Counted from the stretch's first letter, positions 1 through 10,944 are shown. The stretch is 32,000 nucleotides of DNA from an uncultured Methanobacteriaceae archaeon (GCA_963765255.1 CAVXVI010000001.1:733983-765982), one strand, 5' to 3'. Notes: generated by a model not told the origin, from the letters alone. Program-made: numbers and translations.

Positions 1-736
1 CTATTATTTCGCCTCTGTGTAGGGCAGCAAGTGTTTGTTCAGAAGTTGCAATTAAGAACAGATCTTCGCCTTCGATCTTGTATAAGGTTTCTTCAAAATC
101 AGATAGCTCTGCTGTTTCTTTTATTACATCATGTTTAATGAAATAGGGTGTTTGAAATGGTATAAACCCTTGTTCAGAAAGTATATCAACAGCAAACTTC
201 AACAACGCCATATTAAGATATACCATATCTGCTTTTAGATAATAGAAACGTGAACCTGAAATTTCAGCAGCTTTTTTAAAATCCGCACCATCAATGCCTT
301 CAATTAAATCCACATGGTTTGATGGTTTAAAATTGAAGGAAGGTTTTATGCCTTCTTTAGATATTAACAAATTATCTTCTTCGTTTTTTGAAACTGGAAC
401 ATCTTCATCAACTATATTACCAATTTTATAACGATATTCATCCCTTTTTTCAATGAATTCAGTGATTTTTGGTTCTAAACTGACAATTTCTCCTGAAACT
501 TCCTTAGCTTTGATTTGAAGTAATTTTAATTCATCTTTGCCCTGTTTTCGAGCTTCATTAAAAGATTTTGAAAGTTTATTCCTTTCAGCACGAAGTTCGT
601 TCAGTTTTTTAAGTCCATCTCTCCAGTTTGTATCATATTTAATTACTTTTTCAACATTTTCTGTATCTCTGAAACGTTTTTTTTCTGAGTTACGAATTAA
701 ATCCGGATTTTCCCTGAATAGTTTGATATCTAACAT
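1..736 (-). CDS. serS: Seryl-tRNA synthetase, N-terminal part (truncated by the left window edge)
   Basis: Minus-strand reading from an ATG at 736 gives MLDIKLFRENPDLIRNSEKKRF..., with the SerRS coiled-coil arm (LKKLNELRAERNKLSKS) and FLIATSEQTLAALHRGEI near the edge. Absent from the ORF track because it has no stop in the window. Confidence 0.93.
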   Translation of the reverse strand, partial: MLDIKLFRENPDLIRNSEKKRFRDTENVEKVIKYDTNWRDGLKKLNELRAERNKLSKSFNEARKQGKDELKLLQIKAKEVSGEIVSLEPKITEFIEKRDEYRYKIGNIVDEDVPVSKNEEDNLLISKEGIKPSFNFKPSNHVDLIEGIDGADFKKAAEISGSRFYYLKADMVYLNMALLKFAVDILSEQGFIPFQTPYFIKHDVIKETAELSDFEETLYKIEGEDLFLIATSEQTLAALHRGEII

Positions 737-859
737 GTTATCATCGGTTTTTATTTTATAATTCTTTATTTAATCTTCGATTTATTCCTTCATGAATTAT
801 CAAGATCATTATTAAAATTTAAAGGTCAATAAATCTATAATATAAATTCAGATATTTAT

Positions 860-2014
860 CTATCTTTCAAATACAATATTCCCATCTTTGATTAAAACTT
901 TTATGTTTTGTGGTTCAGTTCTATTTATCAATGAAAGGATAGGATCTCCTGACATTCCACTTATAAGCATAATATCTGCAATTTTTCCCGCCTCTATCGA
1001 ACCTAAATTAAGACCCAAAGCGGTTGCAGGATTTAATGTAGCCATCTTATATACTTCTAAAGCTGAGAGATAAGTTTTATAATATCCTCTTGTTACCTTG
1101 AGAGCATATTCCATTTCTTTAAACATATTTGGGGAGTTTAACATTACATTATCAGTTCCAAGGCATACATTTATTCCTCTGTCTAACATGTCTATTATTG
1201 GAGGTATTCCAACCCCGAGTGAACCATTAGACCGGGGACAACAAACAACTGGAATTCCCATTTCTCCAATAAGTTTTAAATCATCTTTTAATGGGGCAGT
1301 AACATGTATTAACAGATTGAAACCTCTAATTAATGCCCGTTCGACTTCAGTTTTACCCTTAAGTTTTAAAGATCTTGTTTGAAGATCTTCATACTCAGCA
1401 ACATGTATCGAAGAAGGTTTAGAATGTTTTCGACATATTTTAGTAATAGATGAAGCTACATCATCTTCAATTTCGCCAAAACCGCTTAAAGCTATTCCAT
1501 CGCAAGCATCAAGTAGTTTTTCTGCTATTTTTTCAACTTCTGATATGATTGGGCTTTCTTCATAGAAAGTATCATGTCTGCCTAAAATTATCTTCCTTAT
1601 GGGAATATTTTTTGATGCCTTTTTAAGAATATTAATCCCTTCGTAACCTCCTTCACGAAAGTCAATGAATGTGGTGGTCCCTGTTTTTAGCATGTACTCC
1701 ATAGAACCTTGCATAGCCTTAATCATATATTCTGGTGAAGTTTCAGACAATATGCGGTGTTTTATACCGTTAGGAGGTTTTACAATTTTGTCTATAGGTT
1801 CACCATCACCTACATCTTTTGCAACGGAGTCTCCAATATGGACATGGGAATTTATTAATGAAGGAGAAGCAATACAACCATTTCCATCTACCATTCTCCC
1901 TTTCTCCACTCTATCGGATAACTCAACAATCTCAGTGTCATCAATTATGATGTTCGTTCTTCGAACTTCCATATCATCCCCGCATAGAACCCGGGCATTT
2001 TTGATAGTGATCAT
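860..2014 (-). CDS. Amidohydrolase superfamily protein (cytosine deaminase / methylthioadenosine deaminase-like)
   Basis: 384 aa; NSHVHIGDS (HxH), HVAE, LIHVTAP, CLGTDN and a typical C-terminal PATALGLNLGSIEAGKIADIMLI. Confidence 0.85.
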   Translation of the reverse strand: MITIKNARVLCGDDMEVRRTNIIIDDTEIVELSDRVEKGRMVDGNGCIASPSLINSHVHIGDSVAKDVGDGEPIDKIVKPPNGIKHRILSETSPEYMIKAMQGSMEYMLKTGTTTFIDFREGGYEGINILKKASKNIPIRKIILGRHDTFYEESPIISEVEKIAEKLLDACDGIALSGFGEIEDDVASSITKICRKHSKPSSIHVAEYEDLQTRSLKLKGKTEVERALIRGFNLLIHVTAPLKDDLKLIGEMGIPVVCCPRSNGSLGVGIPPIIDMLDRGINVCLGTDNVMLNSPNMFKEMEYALKVTRGYYKTYLSALEVYKMATLNPATALGLNLGSIEAGKIADIMLISGMSGDPILSLINRTEPQNIKVLIKDGNIVFER

Positions 2015-2167
2015 TATATTTAACTATTTATTTTATTATTTATTATTTTTAGTAATTTTAAACGCTTAAATTATAAAATTTTTAAAAGTAATTGGATGAA
2101 TTTTAATCTTAACTTTAGAATGCCAATAATTATTAAATTTAAAAAATAAAGGTATTAAAGAAGTTTA

Positions 2168-5100
2168 TCATAGCAAATCATGATATTGATTCAAAGATTT
2201 AACACCAATATCTCCTTCTTTAACGTGTTCTATTGCATTTAACACTGCACGTGCACCTGCAAGTGTTGTAACATAAGGTATTCCGAGTTCTACAGCCATT
2301 CTCCTAATATAAAAACCATCGTCTGCCGACTGCTTACCTGAGGGGGTGTTAATAATAAGGTCTATCTGTCCATTTAAAACAGCATCCTTAATATTTGGCG
2401 ATTGTTGGCTTACTTTTCCTATGGTATTAATATTAACATATTTATCAACAGCATTGGCTGTCCCTTCAGTTGCTACGAGTTCAAATCCAAGACTCTCAGC
2501 ATTTTCAACAATGTCCCTAATACTATTTTTATCGGAATCCCTAACACTTATAAAAAGCCGTCCCTTTTTAGGTAGTTCCATACCTGCAGATAGCAAAGCT
2601 TTGTAATATGAAATACCGAAATTTTCATCGATTCCCATACTTTCCCCAGTTGATTTCATTTCAGGCCCTAGAATTGAATCAGCAGCGGGAAGTTTGATGA
2701 ATGGGAATATAGATTCTTTAACTGCAACATGTTTAATTTTAATTTCATCCCTAAGTCCCATATCTTTAAGCTTGTATCCTATCATAAGTTTAGCTGCTAT
2801 TTTAGCAAGAGGAACTCCTACTGCTTTGCTAACGAATGGAACTGTTCTACTTGCTCTTGGATTGGCTTCAATTATATAAACTTTATCAGATTTAACAGCG
2901 TATTGTATATTCATTAATCCTATTACATTCAGCTCTAATGCCAATTTGGTTGTATAATCTTTTATAGTTTTTAGAACGTCCTTTGGAAGACTTTGTGGGG
3001 GTATCACACATGCAGAATCACCTGAATGAACTCCAGCTTCTTCTATATGCTCCATAATGCCTCCGATAAATACCTCTTCCCCATCGGATAATGCATCTAC
3101 ATCAATTTCTATAGCATCTTCAAGAAATTTATCTACTAGGATAGGATGTTCTGGAGAAATTTTAACTGCTTCCTTCATATACTCTTTGAGTTTGATATCA
3201 TCGTATACAATTTCCATGGCTCTTCCACCCAATACATAGGATGGTCTTACAAGAACTGGGAATCCTATTCTTTTAGCAACCAGTCTGGCATCTTCAAATG
3301 AGTATGCAATTCCATACTCTGCTTGAGGTATTTCAAGAAGATCTAAAACTTCTGTGAAACGTTCTCGATCTTCAACACGATCTATACTTTCATGTGCTGT
3401 TCCCAATATTTGAATACCCTCTTCAGCAAGAGGTACTGCTAGGTTTATTGATGTTTGGCCTCCAAATTGAACAACAACTCCGTCAGGCTTTTCTTTATCC
3501 ATTATACTCATTACATCTTCGAGTGTTAGAGGTTCGAAGTAAAGTTTATTTGAAATATCGTAATCTGTACTCACAGTTTCTGGATTGTTGTTTATAATGA
3601 TAGTTTCTATACCTTCATCTTTCAAAGCAAGGGATGCGTGGACACAACAATAATCAAATTCTATGCCTTGTCCAATCCTTATTGGACCCGCACCTATAAT
3701 TACTACTTTTTTATTATCCGAAACAGCTACTTCATCTTCACCTTCGTATGTTCCATAGTAATATGGAGTTTTTGCCTCAAATTCTGCAGCACAAGTATCA
3801 ACCATTTTATATGTTGGTATGATTCCAGTATTCCTTCTATGATCCCTGATATATTTCTCTTTATATCCTGTTATCTGAGAGAGAATAGCGTCGGAGAATC
3901 CCATCCTTTTCGCTTTTATTAAAATATCAGGTTTGAGAATTTCATCAGCACCTAAACTAATTAGATAAGCTTCAAAATCTACTATACTTTGTATTTTATA
4001 TAAAAAGAATCTGTCGATCTGGGTTATGTCGTGAATTTCATTAATTTCCCTTCCCGATTTAAGTGCTGTGTACAGATGGAATATCCTTTCATCAGTAGCA
4101 TTTCTTAATAGGTCATCGGTGTAAGGAACTTCTTCGAATCCGTGCTTTTTGATATCAAGGGATCTTATGGCTTTATGAAGTGATTCTTCTATTGTTCTAC
4201 CAATAGCCATTACCTCACCAGTTGACTGCATCTGAACTCCTATCTCTCTTTTTACTCCTTTGAACTTGTCGAATGGCCATCTTGGAATTTTTGCAACCAC
4301 ATAATCTAGTGATGGTTCAAATGATGCTGGCGTTTCCTTGGTAATATCATTCTGAATCTCATCAAGAGTCATTCCAACAGCTATTTTGGCAGATATTTTG
4401 GCTATAGGATAACCTGTAGCCTTTGATGCTAATGCACTGCTACGACTTACTCTAGGATTTACTTCAATAACTTTATATTCTCCTGTTTCTGCATTAAATG
4501 CAAATTGAATATTACATCCTCCTTGGATATGTAAAGCTCTTATGATCTTTATTGAAGCATTCCTTAACCTTTGATTATCAATGTCCGAAAGGGTTTGTGA
4601 AGGAGCAACAACGACACTCTCACCTGTGTGTATCCCCATGGGATCCATGTTTTCCATGTTACACACAATTATACAAGTGTCGTTTTTATCTCTCATTACT
4701 TCATATTCAAACTCTTTCCAGCCAATAACAGATTCATCAATGAGTACTTGATTGATGAAGCTCATATCAAGCCCTCTTGTTGCAACTTCGATAAGTTCAT
4801 TCTCGTTGTATGCAACACCACCGCCTGTTCCACCTAATGTGAATGCGGGCCTAACAATAACTGGATAACCTATTTCTTCAACGGCTTCAATAGATTCTTC
4901 AATAGAAGTTACAGCTCTACAGTGCGGTATGGGTTCTTCTAGTTCCATCATGAAATTACCAAAAAGATTTCTATCTTCAACATTTCTTATGGTTTGGATA
5001 GTAGAACCAATAACTTTAATACCTTCAAGAGCCCCTATTTTTTCAAGTCCCGTTGCAACATTCAATCCAGTTTGACCACCCATTGTGGGAAGTATGGCAT

Positions 5101-5350
5101 CTGGTTTTTCTTTTTCTATGATTTGAGCTACGATTTCAGGCGTCAGTGGTTCTACATACACTGTGTCAGCCATATCAACATCTGTTTGTATGGTTGCAGG
5201 GTTGCTGTTTACAAGTACGGTTTCAATTCCCTCATCCATAAGAGATTTACATGCTTGAGAACCTGAATAATCAAATTCTGCAGCTTGACCTATTTGTATG
5301 GGTCCTGAACCAATGATAAGAACCTTTTTTATGTCTTTGTCCCTTGGCAT
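2168..5350 (-). CDS. carB: Carbamoyl-phosphate synthase large subunit
   Basis: 1060 aa; KKVLIIGSGPIQIGQAAEFDYSG, duplicated ATP-grasp halves, EVNPRVSRSSALASKATGYPIA and C-terminal MGS-like domain. Confidence 0.98.
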   Translation of the reverse strand: MPRDKDIKKVLIIGSGPIQIGQAAEFDYSGSQACKSLMDEGIETVLVNSNPATIQTDVDMADTVYVEPLTPEIVAQIIEKEKPDAILPTMGGQTGLNVATGLEKIGALEGIKVIGSTIQTIRNVEDRNLFGNFMMELEEPIPHCRAVTSIEESIEAVEEIGYPVIVRPAFTLGGTGGGVAYNENELIEVATRGLDMSFINQVLIDESVIGWKEFEYEVMRDKNDTCIIVCNMENMDPMGIHTGESVVVAPSQTLSDIDNQRLRNASIKIIRALHIQGGCNIQFAFNAETGEYKVIEVNPRVSRSSALASKATGYPIAKISAKIAVGMTLDEIQNDITKETPASFEPSLDYVVAKIPRWPFDKFKGVKREIGVQMQSTGEVMAIGRTIEESLHKAIRSLDIKKHGFEEVPYTDDLLRNATDERIFHLYTALKSGREINEIHDITQIDRFFLYKIQSIVDFEAYLISLGADEILKPDILIKAKRMGFSDAILSQITGYKEKYIRDHRRNTGIIPTYKMVDTCAAEFEAKTPYYYGTYEGEDEVAVSDNKKVVIIGAGPIRIGQGIEFDYCCVHASLALKDEGIETIIINNNPETVSTDYDISNKLYFEPLTLEDVMSIMDKEKPDGVVVQFGGQTSINLAVPLAEEGIQILGTAHESIDRVEDRERFTEVLDLLEIPQAEYGIAYSFEDARLVAKRIGFPVLVRPSYVLGGRAMEIVYDDIKLKEYMKEAVKISPEHPILVDKFLEDAIEIDVDALSDGEEVFIGGIMEHIEEAGVHSGDSACVIPPQSLPKDVLKTIKDYTTKLALELNVIGLMNIQYAVKSDKVYIIEANPRASRTVPFVSKAVGVPLAKIAAKLMIGYKLKDMGLRDEIKIKHVAVKESIFPFIKLPAADSILGPEMKSTGESMGIDENFGISYYKALLSAGMELPKKGRLFISVRDSDKNSIRDIVENAESLGFELVATEGTANAVDKYVNINTIGKVSQQSPNIKDAVLNGQIDLIINTPSGKQSADDGFYIRRMAVELGIPYVTTLAGARAVLNAIEHVKEGDIGVKSLNQYHDLL

Positions 5351-5469
5351 TTATGATCCTCTACCTTTTAATAAATTTTAATCGACAATATTTTCTTTTA
5401 TATGATTATTTTTTCTTAAAGTTGAATATATCAACTTAAATTCTCGGTATCTGATTTTTTTGTAACTAT

Positions 5470-6552
5470 TTAATACTCCTTTAAAACTTTAAGAAAGTTA
5501 TCAAAGTAATGATCCGAATCGTTAGGCCCGGGTCCTGCCTCGGGATGATATTGTACACTTGAAATTGGAAGTTCGTCATGTTCAATACCTTCGGGTGTTC
5601 CATCATTTAGGTTTACTTGATTAATTTTAATAGGCAAGTCTTTGCATGAATCAGCATCAACAGTAAAACCATGATTCTGGGAGGTTATTGTAACTTTACC
5701 CGTTATTAGATCTTTTACAGGTTGGTTTATGCCTCTGTGTCCGAATTTCATTTTATAAATTTTAGCACCGAAAGCAAGGGATATGATCTGATGACCTAAA
5801 CATATACCCGAAATTGGTAATTTCTCCGAGAGATTTCGCACTGTTTTAGCTGCTTCTGTGACTCTAGTGGGGTTTCCTGGCCCACTTGAAACAAGCACAG
5901 CTTCAGGGTTGTAATCTAAAATTTCTTTATATCCCGTTTTGTATGGTACTACCACAACACCTATTTCCCTTTTTAAGAGAGCATTGATACTATTCTTTTT
6001 TATACCGCAGTCAAGAATCACTGCACGGTGTTTTAGTTCTTCACCAATAATTTTTGGTTTTTTTACTGCAACAGTGTCAACCAAGTCCATATCTTCAATA
6101 TTTTTCTGTTCATTTACTAGTTTTAAAAGTTCATCATCCTCAATTTCTTCTGTCGAAATTGCACCTTTCATAGCTCCATGACGTCTGATCTTAAGGGTTA
6201 GATATCTAGTATCAATTCCGCTTATACCTGGTATTTGATATTCTTCTAAAAAATCTGGTAAATTTTCCCTCGAGAGTCTATGGGATGGATAGCTATTTTG
6301 TTCTCTTACAACATATCCTTCTGCTTTTATTCCCTCAGATTGGAACCAATCTCTTGATATTCCATAATTACCTTGTAACGGATAGGTTGACATAAGAATT
6401 TGACCTTTGTAAGATGGATCTGTCAATGATTCAACGTATCCGGTCATTCCAGTAGCAAAAACCACTTCTCCTGTTTTAATGGTTTCAAAACCGAACCCTT
6501 CTCCTTTAAGTATTGTACCATCTTCTAAAGCTAATTTGGCCTCTTTTAGCAT
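5470..6552 (-). CDS. carA: Carbamoyl-phosphate synthase small (glutaminase) subunit
   Basis: 360 aa; [29 protein letters not shown] nucleophile motif, [23 protein letters not shown]; directly upstream of carB. Confidence 0.98.
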   Translation of the reverse strand: MLKEAKLALEDGTILKGEGFGFETIKTGEVVFATGMTGYVESLTDPSYKGQILMSTYPLQGNYGISRDWFQSEGIKAEGYVVREQNSYPSHRLSRENLPDFLEEYQIPGISGIDTRYLTLKIRRHGAMKGAISTEEIEDDELLKLVNEQKNIEDMDLVDTVAVKKPKIIGEELKHRAVILDCGIKKNSINALLKREIGVVVVPYKTGYKEILDYNPEAVLVSSGPGNPTRVTEAAKTVRNLSEKLPISGICLGHQIISLAFGAKIYKMKFGHRGINQPVKDLITGKVTITSQNHGFTVDADSCKDLPIKINQVNLNDGTPEGIEHDELPISSVQYHPEAGPGPNDSDHYFDNFLKVLKEY

Positions 6553-6782
6553 TTCATCACCGGTTAAATTAATTATAAATTAAAAATTTGAGTTACGATC
6601 AACGATGGGATATAATACCATTTGATCATCATAAATCTGTAACTGATCGTTTATTAGATTTTTTATCAAAAAATATTTCATGATCTTAATCAGTTAGTTT
6701 ATTTTACTAGTTTATTAATTAGGTTATTACAGATATCAAATAATAAGATTTATTTATTACAAATCAATTTATTCAAATAATA

Positions 6783-7217
6783 TTATTCCAAGATTTTGCT
6801 CATAATTGCAGCGTCTTCACGGTCTTCATAATAATCTGCAACGATATTTTCTTCTTTGAAACCCATTTTACTATAAAATTTCCTTGCACCTTTATTTCCA
6901 ACCCTCACTTCAAGTTTAATGACTTTAACATCGAACTTTTTGAAGGCTTCGAGGCTGGTCTCGACTAATTTTGATCCGACATCTTTTCTTCTATAGTTTT
7001 TGTCTACTGCAATAGATATTAAATGTCCTTCATCTTCATATTTGATCCAAAATATAATATATCCTACTACCCTATTATTTTCTTGGGCCACAAGGAATCC
7101 CGCTCCAAGGTTATAAATATCAACAAGAATATTGGCAGGGTAGGGGTCACTAAAAGACGCTATTTCGATTTCAAGGACTCTTTTGACGTCCGGGCGTTTA
7201 AATTCTCTTATTATCAT
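6783..7217 (-). CDS. rimI: Ribosomal-protein-alanine N-acetyltransferase (GNAT)
   Basis: 144 aa; HLISIAVDKNYRRKDVGSKLVE..LEVRVGNKGARKFYSKMGFKEENIVADYY, typical RimI/GNAT motifs. Confidence 0.88.
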   Translation of the reverse strand: MIIREFKRPDVKRVLEIEIASFSDPYPANILVDIYNLGAGFLVAQENNRVVGYIIFWIKYEDEGHLISIAVDKNYRRKDVGSKLVETSLEAFKKFDVKVIKLEVRVGNKGARKFYSKMGFKEENIVADYYEDREDAAIMSKILE

Positions 7218-7243
7218 AAATTTCTCCAGTAAGTGGTAAAAAA

Positions 7244-7624
7244 ATGTGGAAAGACTTTTCAGAATATATCATAGCGAATTATAAAGATGCTTCACTTATT
7301 ATTGAGGTTGGTGTAGGAGGTTTCCCACTGGTTGCTTTAACACTAAAACAATATCTTAACATGGATATCATCATGACAGATATTAAACTTTACCATAATG
7401 AAGTTGTAGTCGATGATATCACCAATCCGGATATGGATATATACAGTGGTGCGACATTAATCTACTCAATACGTCCTCCTGAAGAACTTCAAACTCATAT
7501 AAAAATGGTGGCAGACTCTGTTGGTGCTGACTTAATTATAAAACCACTTTCAACAGAATTTATTAATTTAGATAATAGTTTGAAGCTTATGAATTACAAA
7601 AAAGCGATATTTTACAAGAAGTGA
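7244..7624 (+). CDS. UPF0146 family protein
   Basis: 126 aa; IIEVGVGGFPLVALTLKQ..IIMTDIK.....VVDDITNPDMDIYSGATLIYSIRPPEELQ. Family assigned from recalled sequence features, not a search. Confidence 0.75.
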   Translation: MWKDFSEYIIANYKDASLIIEVGVGGFPLVALTLKQYLNMDIIMTDIKLYHNEVVVDDITNPDMDIYSGATLIYSIRPPEELQTHIKMVADSVGADLIIKPLSTEFINLDNSLKLMNYKKAIFYKK

Positions 7625-10144
7625 ATGTTTATGAAATGGCAGAATATTAAAATAGATGAAACACTGAAATTATTGAAGTCTAATTATGGTGGTTTAGCTA
7701 GTGGAGATGTACTGAAAAGGGTTGAAATTTATGGAAAAAATGAATTGATTGAAGAAGAAAAACCAGGTCCTTTTATCAGATTTCTAAGTCAGTTCAAGGA
7801 TTTTCTCATAATTTTACTTATAATAGCAGCTGCAGCTGCAGCATTGGTAGGAGATAGAACAGATGCCGCAGTTATCCTTATTGTGGTTATTTTGAATGCT
7901 GTTGTTGGGTTTATACAAGAAAACCGTGCCGAAAATGCTATGGAACAACTTAAAAATATGACTTCCACAATGGCTACTGTTATTCGTGATGGGAATACTA
8001 AAAAAATTGCTGCAAGTGATCTAACGATTGGGGATATAGTTAAACTCGAAGAGGGGGATAATGTACCTGCAGATATGAGATTATTAGCAAGTCATGATCT
8101 TATGGTTGATGAATCAGCACTTACAGGAGAATCAAAACCATCGAAAAAAGATGCAAATATTGTATCAGAGAATGATACGACTAATATGGTTTTCATGGAC
8201 ACTTATGTTTCATCTGGACGTGCAAGAGGTGTTGTCGCAGAGATAGGAATGAAAACAGCAATAGGTAAAATTGCAGAATTGATACAAGGCGAAGAAGAGA
8301 AGACTCCATTGCAGGATAGAATACACGGTCTTGGAAAACTTATGGGTTTAATTGCACTTATTGTATGTACGGGCATATTTGGACTTCAATTATTCAAGGG
8401 AGTACCATTAGTTACAAACTTCTTAACAGCAGTTTCTCTAGCCGTTGCGGCAGTACCTGAAGGATTACCTGCAATCATGACTCTAACGTTAGCATTGGGA
8501 ATGCAAAGAATGGCAAAAAGTAATGCTGTCGTCCGTAAACTACTTGCTGTAGAAACTTTAGGTTCTTGCTCTACAATATGTACGGATAAAACCGGCACTC
8601 TTACAAAAAATAAGATGACAGTCCGCCAAACACAGATAACAGCTCCTGAAATAGCATTTAAAATTGCAGCACTATGCAACAATTCTAATATTTCTAATGG
8701 TAAGATTATTGGCGATCCAACAGATGGTGCAATGTTGATTTATGCAGAAGAAAATGGATACAAAAGGGAAGAACTGGAAAAAATACATAAAAGAATTTTT
8801 GAAATACCCTTAGACAGCGAAAGAAAGAGAATGACCACTGTAAATCAGTTTAATGGAGAAAGATATGTTCTCATAAAAGGTGCACCCGAGATAATTATAG
8901 AACTCTGTAAAAATGTAGAAGAGGATGGAAAATGCAATAAAATAACTAATGATAATAGATTAGAAGTATTGGAAGATCTTAAAGGCATGACATCTGAAGC
9001 TCTTAGAGTTCTTGCTCTTGCTTATCGAAAGTTGGGACCAGATGAAGATTTTGAAAATAGAGAAGCTTTGGAAAGTAATCTAACATTTGTTGGACTTGTA
9101 GGAATGATGGATCCTCCAAGGGAGGAAGCCAAAGAGGCTGTAGCATTGTGTGAAAAAGCTGGCATCAAGGTGGTAATGATCACTGGAGATAACAAAGACA
9201 CAGCAGCTGCAATAGCATCGGAGATCGGTATTTTAAAGGATGGGAAAGTACTAACTGGGCCAGATCTTGATAAAATAGATGATAAAAACTTTGAAGAAAT
9301 TGTGCAGGATGTAAGTGTCTATGCTCGAGTATATCCTGAACAGAAGGTTCGTATAGTAGAAGCGCTTAAATCTTCGGGACAAGTAGTTGCTATGACTGGG
9401 GATGGTGTGAATGATGCTCCAGCACTTAAGAAGGCTGCTATAGGTATTGCGATGGGTTCAGGTACTGATGTGGCCAAGGAATCTTCAGATATGTTGCTTC
9501 AAGACGATAACTTTGCAACCATAGTTGAGGCAGTTAAAGAGGGACGTACAATCTTTGATAATATAAAAAGATTTGTCAAATTCCAGCTTTCAACTAATAT
9601 AGGGGCAATTCTCACCATTACTAGTGCTTCACTTTTGAGTCTACCAATACCATTCAATCCGATCCAAATACTCTGGATAAACATAATAATGGACGGACCT
9701 CCAGCTCAATCTTTGGGTGTCGAACATTCTGAGGCAAATGTAATGGAACGACCACCTAGTAAGGGGAACATTATACCTAAAAGAAATCTTATTAAGATAG
9801 GAATTGCTGGAGTTGTAATGAGTATTGGGACACTTATACTCTATTACTATGAATTAACTAGCGGTGCAAGTGAAATTAGTGCGATGAGTGTAGCATTCAC
9901 TGTTTTTGTCATGTATCAAATATTCAATGTTTTCAATTGTAAAGCCAAAGGAAAGTTTCCAAACAAAACATTGATCATAGCAGTTGCTGCGTCTTTCCTT
10001 CTCCAACTGGGTGTAATATACTTACCATATTTACAGCACATATTCAGAACAACTTCTATTTCAATCATGGACTGGATTCTAATCGTAATCGTTGCATCTA
10101 GCATATTCTTAACAGAATTTATCAGTGAAAAGGTGATAAAATGA
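7625..10144 (+). CDS. P-type ATPase, calcium-translocating (type II) like
   Basis: 839 aa; DKTGTLTKNKMTV phosphorylation motif, LTGESKPSKK, MTGDGVNDAPALKKAAIGIAMG, cation ATPase N- and C-terminal regions. Confidence 0.93.
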   Translation: MFMKWQNIKIDETLKLLKSNYGGLASGDVLKRVEIYGKNELIEEEKPGPFIRFLSQFKDFLIILLIIAAAAAALVGDRTDAAVILIVVILNAVVGFIQENRAENAMEQLKNMTSTMATVIRDGNTKKIAASDLTIGDIVKLEEGDNVPADMRLLASHDLMVDESALTGESKPSKKDANIVSENDTTNMVFMDTYVSSGRARGVVAEIGMKTAIGKIAELIQGEEEKTPLQDRIHGLGKLMGLIALIVCTGIFGLQLFKGVPLVTNFLTAVSLAVAAVPEGLPAIMTLTLALGMQRMAKSNAVVRKLLAVETLGSCSTICTDKTGTLTKNKMTVRQTQITAPEIAFKIAALCNNSNISNGKIIGDPTDGAMLIYAEENGYKREELEKIHKRIFEIPLDSERKRMTTVNQFNGERYVLIKGAPEIIIELCKNVEEDGKCNKITNDNRLEVLEDLKGMTSEALRVLALAYRKLGPDEDFENREALESNLTFVGLVGMMDPPREEAKEAVALCEKAGIKVVMITGDNKDTAAAIASEIGILKDGKVLTGPDLDKIDDKNFEEIVQDVSVYARVYPEQKVRIVEALKSSGQVVAMTGDGVNDAPALKKAAIGIAMGSGTDVAKESSDMLLQDDNFATIVEAVKEGRTIFDNIKRFVKFQLSTNIGAILTITSASLLSLPIPFNPIQILWINIIMDGPPAQSLGVEHSEANVMERPPSKGNIIPKRNLIKIGIAGVVMSIGTLILYYYELTSGASEISAMSVAFTVFVMYQIFNVFNCKAKGKFPNKTLIIAVAASFLLQLGVIYLPYLQHIFRTTSISIMDWILIVIVASSIFLTEFISEKVIK

Positions 10145-10944
10145 GGATAATTATAATGGCGGGTACATCTGATGCAGTGCAGATCATAGGCAATATTGCC
10201 AAACATGGAGATATCGAATTGATTGCAACTACAACTACTAAGTATGGTGGTGATCTTGCAATATCTGCTGGTGCAGATGAGATTATTGTGGGACGTTTAG
10301 GTGTGAATGAAATCGCTGATCTAATATCCATAAATAAAATTGACTTATTAGTTGATGCTACACATCCATTTGCATCTGAAGCAACTATAAATGCTGTGAA
10401 AGCAGCCCACAACTCTGGAATAAAATATCTCCGATATGAGAGACCATCAATAGAAATCCCAAGCAATGAAAACATATTTGAGGTGTTATCTTTCTATGAA
10501 GCAAGTATGAAAGCTTTAGAACTTATGAAAGAAAATCCTAATTCTAAAATGATGGACCTCGCTGGTGTTACAACCTTAATGCAGATAACTAAATTGATCA
10601 AACCGGAATTAATCGTTGTAAGAGTTTTGCCAATGGTCTATTCTATAAAAAAATGTCTCGAAATTGGAATTCCAAGTGAGAATATAATTGCAATGCAGGG
10701 AACTTTTTCTAAAGAATTCAATAAAGCAATCATGAAAGAATATGCAACGTCTGTAGTCATAACGAAGGAAAGTGGTGAAACCGGAGGCACCCCATCGAAG
10801 ATAGCAGCAGCTATTGAACTTAAAATTCCTATAATTTTAGTTAAAAGGCCTATAATATCTGAATTAGAAAATGAGACGGTATTCAATGATATGGATGACC
10901 TCCTCAAGAAGGTCATAAGTCTAAATGAGAACGAAATATCATAA
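10141..10944 (+). CDS. cbiJ: Cobalt-precorrin-6A reductase
   Basis: 267 aa; MAGTSDAVQI N-terminus, LLVDATHPFASEATINAVKAA and TKESGETGGTPSKIAAAIEL. ATGA-type overlap with the preceding ATPase gene. Confidence 0.88.
   Translation: MRIIIMAGTSDAVQIIGNIAKHGDIELIATTTTKYGGDLAISAGADEIIVGRLGVNEIADLISINKIDLLVDATHPFASEATINAVKAAHNSGIKYLRYERPSIEIPSNENIFEVLSFYEASMKALELMKENPNSKMMDLAGVTTLMQITKLIKPELIVVRVLPMVYSIKKCLEIGIPSENIIAMQGTFSKEFNKAIMKEYATSVVITKESGETGGTPSKIAAAIELKIPIILVKRPIISELENETVFNDMDDLLKKVISLNENEIS

Noticed and set aside
537-761. Plus-strand 74-aa ORF
   Set aside because: Antisense shadow of the serS reading frame; low-complexity Ser/Phe-rich product.
888-2069. Plus-strand ORFs at 888-1073, 1098-1382 and 1665-2069
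   Set aside because: Antisense to the well-supported amidohydrolase gene.
2346-5266. Multiple short ORFs on the opposite strand or other frames within carB
   Set aside because: Shadow ORFs inside a highly conserved 1060-codon gene; no domain-like content.
6626-6632. ATGATGA (minus strand) in the carA leader as a second C/D box sRNA
   Set aside because: No D or D' box (CTGA) at suitable distance and no terminal stem.
8386-10475. Minus-strand ORFs inside the P-type ATPase and cbiJ genes (8386, 9499, 9916, 10122, 10638)
   Set aside because: Antisense shadows of conserved genes; products lack recognisable motifs.
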